Assembly (NCBI GenBank): GCA_964510805.1
Contig: CAZEDG010000001.1
Span: 48,227-112,226 of the forward strand
Source of the DNA: an uncultured Candidatus Saccharibacteria bacterium
GTDB taxonomy: Bacteria; Patescibacteriota; Minisyncoccia; Phycocordibacterales; UBA5272
Reading direction: 5' to 3'
Length of the DNA stretch: 64,000 bases
The position numbers and the translations under genes are program-made. The notes under the pieces were generated by a model. It worked only from the letters and a program-made list of their open reading frames with translations, was not told where the DNA came from and did not search any database. Below are positions 1 through 8,601 of this stretch, one piece after another (the first letter of the stretch is position 1; the number at the start of each line of letters is the position of its first letter).

Positions 1-1
1 A

Positions 2-607
2 AACGAAGAATATCTCCTTGCTGTTTTTTATAAAGAGCTTTCCAGAGGGAGACTTCCGCACTACGAAGAGCTTAAGTTGCGTGGCCGAGGAGAGAAGATT
101 GTAAAGAAGCTTCTTGAAGAAATTCCCCATCATTATACCGGAGAACTTAAGGTTGAAGTTGATATGAAGGATGAAGGGGTTATGGTAGGTGATGCGCATC
201 TTATCGGGAAGATCGATCTTCTTGAGCAAAGAGACGGAATGTATACAGTGGTTGATTTTAAGACAGGTAAAGCTTTTTCTTCATGGGATTCTGCAGTGAC
301 TGATCTTGATAAGATTAAGTTACATAAGTACCGACAGCAACTCATCGTGTACAAACTACTTCTTGAGAATTCGATTCATTACAAAGGTACTCCTGTTGGT
401 AAGCTTGCGCTTAACTTTGTAGAAGAGGATGTGTTTACTGAACTTGTCCTTGATAGTGATGAAGTGGAAATAGAGAGAACGAAGAAGCTTATCGAAGCGG
501 TATATCACAAAATTGTCACACTACAGATTACGCCTGATCTCAGTAAGTATGAACCAACCTATAAAGGTATGAGGCAGTTTGAGGATGATTTGATTGATGG
601 TATGTAG
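2..607 (+). CDS. PD-(D/E)xK (RecB-like) nuclease domain, 5'-truncated at window edge; probably the C-terminus of a larger helicase-nuclease
   Basis: Frame open to position 2. RecB nuclease motifs GKIDLL, VVDFKTGK (D-x-K) and QQLIVY (QxxxY). Confidence 0.55.
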   Translation, partial: NEEYLLAVFYKELSRGRLPHYEELKLRGRGEKIVKKLLEEIPHHYTGELKVEVDMKDEGVMVGDAHLIGKIDLLEQRDGMYTVVDFKTGKAFSSWDSAVTDLDKIKLHKYRQQLIVYKLLLENSIHYKGTPVGKLALNFVEEDVFTELVLDSDEVEIERTKKLIEAVYHKIVTLQITPDLSKYEPTYKGMRQFEDDLIDGM

Positions 608-735
608 AATGAAGACTAGATGTTGGACGTTAGACTTTAGATATTAGAAAATACAGAAAACACAAAGAACGAAGCCCTCAGCTTTGCTCTAACTAATAAC
701 CAATTACGAATTACGAGTGGTATACTATCTTTACT

Positions 736-1611
736 ATGCCTGATAAATATTCTGCAGTGTGGGTATCTCATTCTTCGATGGGGGATTTTCTTAAATGTCC
801 ACGACTTTATTATCTTCATAACGTGTACAAGGATCCTAAAACTTTTCGTAAGATGACCATAGTAACGCCATACATGTCACTAGGTATCGCAGTACATAAT
901 GTACTCGAAGGACTTGGACAGTTCCCGTCTAACGAGCGCATGGATCGTGATCTTATTGCTTGGTTCAATGAAGAGTGGAAAAAAGTTTCTGGTCGGAAAG
1001 GCGGATTTCTTACAGAAGCACAAGACGAAGAGTTCAGGCTTCGTGGTGAGACAATGATACAGACCGCGATTGATAATCCACGTTTTCTTACCAATAAGCG
1101 AATCAAGCTTCCTCAAGGGAATATGCCTTGCAACTTCTATCTTTCTGAAGAAGATAATATTATTTTGAATGGTCTTGTTGATTGGATAGAATATCTTCCT
1201 GATGACACACTCCATGTGATTGACTTTAAGACAGGAAAGAATGAAGAGAGCGAATCATCAATGCAACTCCCTATTTATCTTCTTCTTTGTAATGCGCTTC
1301 AGAAGAGAAAAGTTGCCAAGGCGAGTTATTGGTATCTAGATGGTGACAAGATGGTAGAAAAGACTCTTCCTGACGAAAAGATTGCATACGAAGAAGTGCT
1401 CCGCACGGCAAAGAAAGTAAAAGAAGCAAGAGATAAAAAAGAATTTATATGTCCACAAGGAGATGGTGGATGTATGCACTGTAAGCCTTATGAAGCAATT
1501 CTCCGCCATAAAGAAGGCGAACACAATGAGGTTGAATATATAGGAGTTGGAGGGTTCAATCAGGATGTGTATATTATTGATAAAGAAAAAGGGATAGACA
1601 TACCATTTTAA
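736..1611 (+). CDS. Cas4/AddB-like PD-(D/E)xK nuclease with putative 4Fe-4S cysteine cluster
   Basis: N-terminal Cys (CPRLYY), GLVDWIE, VIDFKTGK, QLPIY (QxxxY), C-terminal CPQGDGGCMHC. Confidence 0.6.
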   Translation: MPDKYSAVWVSHSSMGDFLKCPRLYYLHNVYKDPKTFRKMTIVTPYMSLGIAVHNVLEGLGQFPSNERMDRDLIAWFNEEWKKVSGRKGGFLTEAQDEEFRLRGETMIQTAIDNPRFLTNKRIKLPQGNMPCNFYLSEEDNIILNGLVDWIEYLPDDTLHVIDFKTGKNEESESSMQLPIYLLLCNALQKRKVAKASYWYLDGDKMVEKTLPDEKIAYEEVLRTAKKVKEARDKKEFICPQGDGGCMHCKPYEAILRHKEGEHNEVEYIGVGGFNQDVYIIDKEKGIDIPF

Positions 1612-2315
1612 TGTACGATATACTTAGTATATTTAATAAGAAAATCTGTATGACACTACTTGGAAAATTTGTAATCGGGTCCTTTGCAATTCTTGTTGCT
1701 TCGGGTATCTTCTACGGTGTGATGTCGTATGTAGAACAAGATAATATTGCTTCACTTACAAAAAAAGAACAAAAGAAAGAAGAGGTTGTTGCAACATCAT
1801 CAACACCTACCGATGCGTCATCATCGGAACTTCTTGGGTTCGAGGCTACAGGTAATGGAACTTCTACCTTTCCTGTAGATCTTTCGGTTGATGCTTCTTC
1901 TACAAAACAAGCAACGTCATCAAAAAAATCCCCATCTAACAAAATTTCTTTTGTTGATTTTGTAAAGAAAGGAGGAGATTATAAGTGTGCGGTGACTCAG
2001 ACAGTTGCTAATATGACAAGCAACGGCACAGTGTATGTTTCGAATGATCTTGTAAGAGCAGAGTTCTCTACTTCCCTTGCAGGACAGACAATCAATACAA
2101 CAATGATTGCTCGCGATGGGTATACGTATACATGGACTTCAATGTCACAAGGTAAGGGGTACAAAGCAAAGATCACACAAGGTGCTTCTACTAATACAAC
2201 AAAAGCAACCTATACATGGAACGGGAGTCAGGTCGGAGAGTATTCATGTGATCCGTGGAAATTTGATAAGACGAAGTTTGACCTTCCAAAGGGTGTGACG
2301 TTTACGGAGATGTAA
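1611..2315 (+). CDS. membrane-anchored protein with S/T-rich linker, unknown function
   Basis: N-terminal TM helix, low-complexity S/T stretch; start overlaps upstream stop (ATGTAA). Confidence 0.4.
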   Translation: MYDILSIFNKKICMTLLGKFVIGSFAILVASGIFYGVMSYVEQDNIASLTKKEQKKEEVVATSSTPTDASSSELLGFEATGNGTSTFPVDLSVDASSTKQATSSKKSPSNKISFVDFVKKGGDYKCAVTQTVANMTSNGTVYVSNDLVRAEFSTSLAGQTINTTMIARDGYTYTWTSMSQGKGYKAKITQGASTNTTKATYTWNGSQVGEYSCDPWKFDKTKFDLPKGVTFTEM

Positions 2316-2362
2316 GGAATCGTTATTCGTAATTAGTTATTCGTAATTCGTGTAAAACAAGG

Positions 2363-2405
2363 AATCGCTACAAGGCGAATTCCTTGTAGCGATTTATTTT
2401 TGTTT
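2363..2405 (+). terminator. rho-independent terminator between convergent genes
   Basis: 13-bp stem aatcgctacaagg/ccttgtagcgatt, loop cgaatt, then a T-run. Confidence 0.6.
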
Positions 2406-2690
2406 AATGGGTCCGTATGGGATTTTCCCATCAAGATAGTCTTTTGGGTTCACGGTGATATTACCGTCACTAACTATTTGAGTAGTTTTTCTACGGTAAA
2501 CCCCGTTAGTATTTTGGTTCTTACAGACAAGAAGAACACTTTGTGGAACTTTTTCTCTACTAAGAGTATTATTGTATTCAACGGCAATAATTGAATTACC
2601 GTAGCCACAATTTTCTGGGTCTCTATCTTCGAAGATGCAAGCGCTTAGTGCGGTAGAAGTAATCAAAAGAACAACAAATGCTGTGTGCAT
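2394..2690 (-). CDS. small lipoprotein, unknown function
   Basis: Signal peptide with lipobox LSAC. Confidence 0.4.
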   Translation of the reverse strand: MHTAFVVLLITSTALSACIFEDRDPENCGYGNSIIAVEYNNTLSREKVPQSVLLVCKNQNTNGVYRRKTTQIVSDGNITVNPKDYLDGKIPYGPIKQK

Positions 2691-2813
2691 ATTGGGTCTC
2701 CAAGTGGAAAAACAGCTTTTATGATACTACAATATCTAGCAAAGTAAGTCAATTTTTGGTTATGTATTTCTCTAACCTCTAACGTCTAATATCTAAAATC
2801 TAGATATGCTATA

Positions 2814-3563
2814 ATGTCCAGTATGTTATATTGTTACGGAAAAAATCCTCTTCATGAAGCACTTAAGAAGCATGTCAAGACTCCATGCATTGAGAAGCTT
2901 TTTATTACAAAGCAAGCACTTCTCGAAAAAGATATTGCAAGTGCAATTGATCGTTACAAGCTTCCTTATACTGTTGTTACCCGTGAAGAGATTGAACATC
3001 AGGTGGGTAAGTCATCAGTACATCAAGGGGTGATGTTTACAGTGCATGAGAAATCCCTTTTTGTTCCACTTGATACGCTTCTTGTTGCATTAGAAAAGAA
3101 AGAGCGACCCCTCCTTGTACTTCTTGATGCATTAGAAGACCCGCACAACATCGGTGCAATTATTCGTTCTGCTCTTGCTTTTGGTGCAGATGGTATTATT
3201 CTCTCCCATCGTCACACAGGATCGCTTACAGGAACTTCTGTAAAAGCTTCTGCTGGCGCGCTTTTCCATATTCCTCTTGCGGAAGTAGTGAATACTAATG
3301 CTACACTTATTGCTCTTAAGAAGCGTCGTTTTTGGATATATGCGCTTGTAGGAGGAGGTGATACTTCGCTTACAAAGGTAGCTTTTGACAGTCCTTCTGT
3401 TCTTGTGGTTGGTAATGAAGGAGAAGGAATAGGGAAGAAGACGCTTGAGCACTCTGATTTTAGACTTTCTATTCCTATTACAAAAGAATGCGAATCGCTT
3501 AATGCATCAAATGCAACAGCTGTTGCGCTCTATGAATGGAGGAGGCAAAATAATGCAATATAA
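2814..3563 (+). CDS. rlmB: SpoU/TrmH-family RNA 2'-O-methyltransferase (RlmB-like)
   Basis: Motifs NIGAIIRSA, VVGNEGEGI, SLNASNATAVALYE. Confidence 0.75.
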   Translation: MSSMLYCYGKNPLHEALKKHVKTPCIEKLFITKQALLEKDIASAIDRYKLPYTVVTREEIEHQVGKSSVHQGVMFTVHEKSLFVPLDTLLVALEKKERPLLVLLDALEDPHNIGAIIRSALAFGADGIILSHRHTGSLTGTSVKASAGALFHIPLAEVVNTNATLIALKKRRFWIYALVGGGDTSLTKVAFDSPSVLVVGNEGEGIGKKTLEHSDFRLSIPITKECESLNASNATAVALYEWRRQNNAI

Positions 3564-3607
3564 TTATATTGTGTAAATCATGCATATTGCTAAATAAATG
3601 CTAAAAT

Positions 3608-4663
3608 GTGCCTATGATTAAGCGACTTACGAAGCATCTCTCGAATGATATTGGAATTGATCTTGGAACTGCTAATACACTCGTGTATCTTCGTGGAAGA
3701 GGAATTGTGATTAATGAGCCTTCTGTGGTTGCGGTGAATGCTAAGACTAATCGTGTTGTTGCTGTTGGTATCGAAGCGAAGAACATGATGGGAAGAACTC
3801 CGTCGCATATTCGTATTGTACGACCTCTTGTTGATGGTGTGATTTCTGATTATGAAGTAACGGAAGAGATGCTTAGTTATCTTATCAATAAAGCCAATGA
3901 GATTGATCGTAAGCCATTTCGTCCTCGTGTTGTCATCGGTGTACCGGTCGGAATCACCAATGTAGAGATGCGTGCTGTCTATGACGCTGCTAAGTCAGCA
4001 GGAGCAAGTAGTATCTTTATTGTAGAAGAACCGATGTCTGCAGCGATCGGTGTACACATGCCAATTCATGAACCAGTTGGAAGTATGATTGTTGATATCG
4101 GAGGAGGGACTACTGATATTGCTGTGATTGCGCTCTCAGGTATTGTACGAGCGAAAAGTCTTAAGGTTGCAGGAGATAAGCTTACAGAAGACATCATCTC
4201 GTATATGCGTGACGAGTTCAAGATGCTTATCGGAGAAAAAACAGGTGAGCATATCAAAATGACAATAGGGTCTGCACTTCCTGACGAAAACACTCAAGAG
4301 TTAAGCGTAAAAGGCCGTGATCTTGTAACAGGACTTCCACGAGAAGCAATTATTACTGACGTCGATGTACGAGAAGCGATGTATTCTTCTGTTGCGTCAC
4401 TTGTGGATGCGATTCGTGAAGTACTTGAGACTACTCCACCTGAAGTACTCTCTGATATTATGCATAAAGGTATCACTCTTGCAGGAGGAGGTGCGCTTAT
4501 TAGGAATTTACCTAACCTGCTCGAGATGCAACTCAAAGTTCCAGTTACTGTCGCTGATGATCCTCTCACTGCAGTTGCTCGTGGTACAGGAATTATTCTC
4601 GAACATCTTGATCGCTACAAGGATGTACTTATAGAAAACACCGATGACATATCATTTAGGTAA
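3608..4663 (+). CDS. mreB: rod shape-determining protein MreB
   Basis: IGIDLGTANT, DIGGGTTD; actin-like ATPase. ATG at 3614 is an alternative start. Confidence 0.9.
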   Translation: MPMIKRLTKHLSNDIGIDLGTANTLVYLRGRGIVINEPSVVAVNAKTNRVVAVGIEAKNMMGRTPSHIRIVRPLVDGVISDYEVTEEMLSYLINKANEIDRKPFRPRVVIGVPVGITNVEMRAVYDAAKSAGASSIFIVEEPMSAAIGVHMPIHEPVGSMIVDIGGGTTDIAVIALSGIVRAKSLKVAGDKLTEDIISYMRDEFKMLIGEKTGEHIKMTIGSALPDENTQELSVKGRDLVTGLPREAIITDVDVREAMYSSVASLVDAIREVLETTPPEVLSDIMHKGITLAGGGALIRNLPNLLEMQLKVPVTVADDPLTAVARGTGIILEHLDRYKDVLIENTDDISFR

Positions 4664-5438
4664 AAAAAGAAGATCACCATTAATCAAGTATGGGATAGCG
4701 AGCATGCTTATCATACTCTATGCTTTTTTTTGGCCTACCATAAAAAAAACACTCTACCCTCTATTTGAGCCTCTTGTAGTAAGCTATGCTGACTCTAAGG
4801 GGGCGCTTGGATTTTTCCCTACATTTATACAGACCTATGTTATTTCTCATAAAACTTTAGAAAATGAGAACACAGCACTTAAAGCTGTAATCGAAACACT
4901 TGAGAATCAGGTTGCCAAGCAAGACGCAGAACTTCGCGAGTATGGTCTTATTCATGACGAGAATGCAAGCAGTTCTTTTCCTGTAGAGGACAAACCTATT
5001 GTTATGTATCCACTTTCTCAAGATATTACGAAGTTGTACTCAAGCATTGTACTCTCTAAAGGTTTCAAAGACGGTGTTGCTGTTAATATGCTTGTTTCTG
5101 TAAAAGGAAGAAATGTTGTCTGTCGTATCAAGGAAGTATATCGATCTACCTCGCTCTGTGAACTACTCTCTTCGTACGGAGTGACTACAGAAGGGGTTAC
5201 TTCATCATCTTCGGTAACACTTACTCTCTCTGGTCGTGGAGGACATTACTTGGGAGACGTTGCAAGAGATACACCTATTACAGAAGGAGAAAAAGTATAC
5301 CTCCGTAGCAATCCAAGCCTTGTTCTTGGAACAGTAAGGCAGGTGCTCACTAATAATCAGGCAACGTCGTGGTATGTTTTTGTGGAGACTGTCTATAACC
5401 CGGTTTCCTCTTCCGTTTTTTATGCAGAACAGGAGTGA
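4644..5438 (+). CDS. mreC: rod shape-determining protein MreC
   Basis: Position after mreB; TM, coiled coil, beta-rich C-terminus. Confidence 0.65.
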   Translation: MTYHLGKKRRSPLIKYGIASMLIILYAFFWPTIKKTLYPLFEPLVVSYADSKGALGFFPTFIQTYVISHKTLENENTALKAVIETLENQVAKQDAELREYGLIHDENASSSFPVEDKPIVMYPLSQDITKLYSSIVLSKGFKDGVAVNMLVSVKGRNVVCRIKEVYRSTSLCELLSSYGVTTEGVTSSSSVTLTLSGRGGHYLGDVARDTPITEGEKVYLRSNPSLVLGTVRQVLTNNQATSWYVFVETVYNPVSSSVFYAEQE

Positions 5439-5601
5439 TGTTTCTAAAAAAAAGTATAGCTTTATCTCTATAGGTCTTTTCCTTGCATTTCTTTTTGATC
5501 TTTTTTTGGGGACAGAGAGACTCCCTATAGCCTCACTTCTTGTCTGTGGTATAGTAGGGGTATATGCGTTTATTTCGCCGTATATTTACAGACCGCGCTA
5601 G
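5422..5601 (+). CDS. small 2-TM membrane protein, possible truncated MreD
   Basis: Synteny only (mreB-mreC-X-mrdA); two hydrophobic helices. Confidence 0.2.
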   Translation: MQNRSDVSKKKYSFISIGLFLAFLFDLFLGTERLPIASLLVCGIVGVYAFISPYIYRPR

Positions 5602-7303
5602 GCGTGCTGCTTCTCATGAGATTAGTCCTGAGGATGTGTTCATTGATTCACAGAACCTCTCCTCGCTTAATCTTGACCAGATGGAAGGGCAACTTGAGAG
5701 ACCTCTTGGAAAACATGTTTTTTATATTGCGCTTTTTTTGATCATCCTTCTTGTTGGAGGTTTTTCGTATCGACTATTTGCTATGCAGATACTTGGAAGA
5801 GAGGAATATCAAGAGCTTGCAGATAATAATCATCTGAAGAAGATACCACTCTTTCCTCTTCGTGGTACGATTTCTGATCGTAATGGAAAGTTGCTTGCAT
5901 GGAATTCAGAGTACGAAGTAGGAAGCTCAACAGAAAAACAAAAAATTACCGATGATATTCCTCGTCGTGAGTATACAAGCGAAGGAGGCTTTTCTCATCT
6001 TCTTGGTTATGTAAGTTATCCTAAACGTGATCAGTCAGGTGTCTTTTGGCAAGATGAATACTTCGGTAAAGACGGCGTTGAAAAAGAGTATCAAAATGAG
6101 CTCGCTGGAGTAAAAGGTGAACGTATCATTGAGGTGACTGCAACACAATCAGTTGAGGCGCAGAATGTGGTGGTATATCCTTCGCACGGGGAGAATCTCA
6201 TGCTTACTATTGATAAAGATGTTCAGGCAAAACTCTACGAGGAGATGATTGCACTTTCTCATAAGGCAGGATTTACAGGAGGTTCTGGGGTGATTATGGA
6301 TGTACGAAATGGAGAAATTCTTGCGCTTACAAGTTTTCCTGAGTATGATAACAATCTCATTACGAATGCTAAGACAAAAGAAGACAAAACACGTGTAGCT
6401 GATGATCTTCTTGATAAACGTGGCAAGTTCATCAATCGCCCTGTACAAGGGCTCTTTACTCCAGGATCAACGGTGAAGCCTTTTTTTGCGTACGCTGCTC
6501 TTGCTGAAAATATCATTACTCCAGAAAAAAATATTTACAGTTCTGGAAAGCTTGTGATTAAGAACAGATATGATGGACCTGATACTGTTTTTCGTGACTG
6601 GAAAGCACATGGGTATGTGGATATGCGTAACGCAATTGCTGAGTCATCCGATGAATACTTCTATCAAGTAGGAGGTGGGTATCAAGACCAGCCTGGACTT
6701 GGTATTGCAAGACTTCATGAATATGCGACTAAGTTTGGCTTTGCAACAACAACGGGAATAGATTTACCTGGAGAGAATTATGGGCTAGTTCCTTCCCCAG
6801 AATGGAAGAAAAAAGTGTTTAACGAAGATTGGCTTTTGGGGAATACCTACCATTCATCAATCGGACAGTATGGATTCCAAGTTACTCCGCTTGAGCTTGT
6901 GAGAGCGGTTGCTTCGATCGCTAATGGTGGATACCTCGTAACTCCTCATGTGCTTAGACGGCTGGATACTGCAAGTACTTCGCTCTCACTTAATCAGTCT
7001 AAGCTTAGTGTGATTCAGGAAGGGATGCGTCTTGCAGTTACAAGTGATGGAGGTACCGCTAAGGCGTTACGAATTGATGATGTGCATGTTGCTGGTAAAT
7101 CAGGTACCGCAGAACTTGGCGTGAGTAAGCAGTTAGTGAACTCTTGGATTAGTGGATATTTTCCATATGAAAACCCAAGGTATGCCTTTGTAGTAATCAT
7201 GGAAAAAGGCGATAGACATAATCCATTCGGTGCAGTCGGTGCAATGAGAGAGGTATTACTTTGGATGAGAGATAACACTTCGTATACGAAGGCGGGGGAG
7301 TAG
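5564..7303 (+). CDS. mrdA: penicillin-binding protein 2 (elongasome transpeptidase)
   Basis: STVK (SxxK), SSD, KSGTA (KTG) motifs. Alternative start ATG at 5681 (MEGQLERP...). Confidence 0.85.
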   Translation: MRLFRRIFTDRARRAASHEISPEDVFIDSQNLSSLNLDQMEGQLERPLGKHVFYIALFLIILLVGGFSYRLFAMQILGREEYQELADNNHLKKIPLFPLRGTISDRNGKLLAWNSEYEVGSSTEKQKITDDIPRREYTSEGGFSHLLGYVSYPKRDQSGVFWQDEYFGKDGVEKEYQNELAGVKGERIIEVTATQSVEAQNVVVYPSHGENLMLTIDKDVQAKLYEEMIALSHKAGFTGGSGVIMDVRNGEILALTSFPEYDNNLITNAKTKEDKTRVADDLLDKRGKFINRPVQGLFTPGSTVKPFFAYAALAENIITPEKNIYSSGKLVIKNRYDGPDTVFRDWKAHGYVDMRNAIAESSDEYFYQVGGGYQDQPGLGIARLHEYATKFGFATTTGIDLPGENYGLVPSPEWKKKVFNEDWLLGNTYHSSIGQYGFQVTPLELVRAVASIANGGYLVTPHVLRRLDTASTSLSLNQSKLSVIQEGMRLAVTSDGGTAKALRIDDVHVAGKSGTAELGVSKQLVNSWISGYFPYENPRYAFVVIMEKGDRHNPFGAVGAMREVLLWMRDNTSYTKAGE

Positions 7304-7348
7304 AAGACGGCGTACATACATTTTTTAATGAAAAGAAAAATGAAAAGT

Positions 7349-7372
7349 GCGCGAAGCCAAGAGGCTTCGCGC
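7349..7372 (-). terminator. rho-independent terminator for the minus-strand gene 7415..7783
   Basis: gcgcgaagcc-aaga-ggcttcgcgc followed by a T-run on the minus strand. Confidence 0.55.
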
Positions 7373-7414
7373 ATGGTGTTCTTACTTGCCCGTTAGATAA
7401 CTAGGGCAGCCTCC

Positions 7415-7783
7415 TTAAACACTTCTTTGCTTGGTTGAGATTTGGATGAATGGTCCGGTAAGAGGTTCCTCAAAAACGCTATCGCAATTATTTTTGTAAA
7501 GTCTCGGCACTTCTTTACTCACTTGCTGGCCATCGCTTAAGCGTGGGTAAGAATACAAGAAAGGAGTACCTGTTCTGCCTGTACAACTAATACGTGCAAG
7601 TCCATTTCTGGATTCGTATTCGGGTACTACGATATTGTCCAACCCAACACTCAGAATGGTCTTTTGTGTTGGAAACGGTTCCTCTTTTCCTTCTCTTGAA
7701 AGGAAGAAGATACTAACAGTACCTCCGCACCTGACTGATTGTTGCATTTTTGAGTCTCTTTCTTTATGATAAGATCCACTCAT
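7415..7783 (-). CDS. hypothetical protein, possibly leaderless
   Basis: TTGACA-N17-GATAAT promoter with the -10 box overlapping the ATG; no homolog recognised. Confidence 0.3.
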   Translation of the reverse strand: MSGSYHKERDSKMQQSVRCGGTVSIFFLSREGKEEPFPTQKTILSVGLDNIVVPEYESRNGLARISCTGRTGTPFLYSYPRLSDGQQVSKEVPRLYKNNCDSVFEEPLTGPFIQISTKQRSV

Positions 7784-7862
7784 TATCCTGCACTAATTAA
7801 GTATATTTGTCAATATTTAACAACAATGAAGAGTGTGGTACAATGGTGAGCACACTTTATTT

Positions 7863-8318
7863 ATGGAATATCTAACCTTAGAAAAGAAACAATTATTAGA
7901 AGATGAGCTTAAGAATCTCAAGACGGTTCGCCGTAAGGAGATAGCTGACGCTCTTGAATATGCTAAAAGTCTCGGCGATCTCTCAGAAAACGCTGAGTAT
8001 CATCAAGCACGTGAAGATCAAGCCAACTGTGAGGATCGTATTAGTCATATTGAGCAAATTCTCAAGAATGCAGTGATTATGGAGTCATCTCTTTCAGGGG
8101 TGATACATGTTGGTTCTACTGTTACTGTGCTTAAGAAAGGAGAGAAGCAAGAGCGAACCTATGCTCTTGTTGGAAGTGAGGAAGCAGATTCAATTTCTGG
8201 AAAGATTTCTAATGAATCACCACTTGGACAAGCGCTTCTTGGAAAGAAGAAAGGCGACAAGGTAACAGTACATGCTCCAAAAGGAGAGATGGAATATTCT
8301 ATTGTTGGAATAGAATAA
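7863..8318 (+). CDS. greA: transcription elongation factor GreA
   Basis: N-terminal coiled coil plus C-terminal FKBP-like domain, typical GreA length. Confidence 0.85.
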   Translation: MEYLTLEKKQLLEDELKNLKTVRRKEIADALEYAKSLGDLSENAEYHQAREDQANCEDRISHIEQILKNAVIMESSLSGVIHVGSTVTVLKKGEKQERTYALVGSEEADSISGKISNESPLGQALLGKKKGDKVTVHAPKGEMEYSIVGIE

Positions 8319-8379
8319 GAAAGACGACAGAATACTGACTAGATTTTAGAGATTAGACTTTAGGTATTAGTTGGGCACA

Positions 8380-8420
8380 GAATACAAAGAGCGACGCCGT
8401 AGGCGTCGCTCTTTGTATTC
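8380..8420 (+). terminator. rho-independent terminator, conserved hairpin family
   Basis: 19-bp perfect stem gaatacaaagagcgacgcc / ggcgtcgctctttgtattc, loop gta, T-rich tail. Confidence 0.7.
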
Positions 8421-8601
8421 TTAGTTATGTTTTTGCTTTTTGTTTTCATTCTTCATTCCTCCCTCTTTTCCTAATATCTAAAGTCTAATATCTACTATCT
8501 AGTCTTGTGTCGACTAACTCCCCACAATTTGTTATGATGGCTGTATGAATGTATTATAGTGGTGACTAATTACGAATAACTAATAACGAATAACTATCCC
8601 T

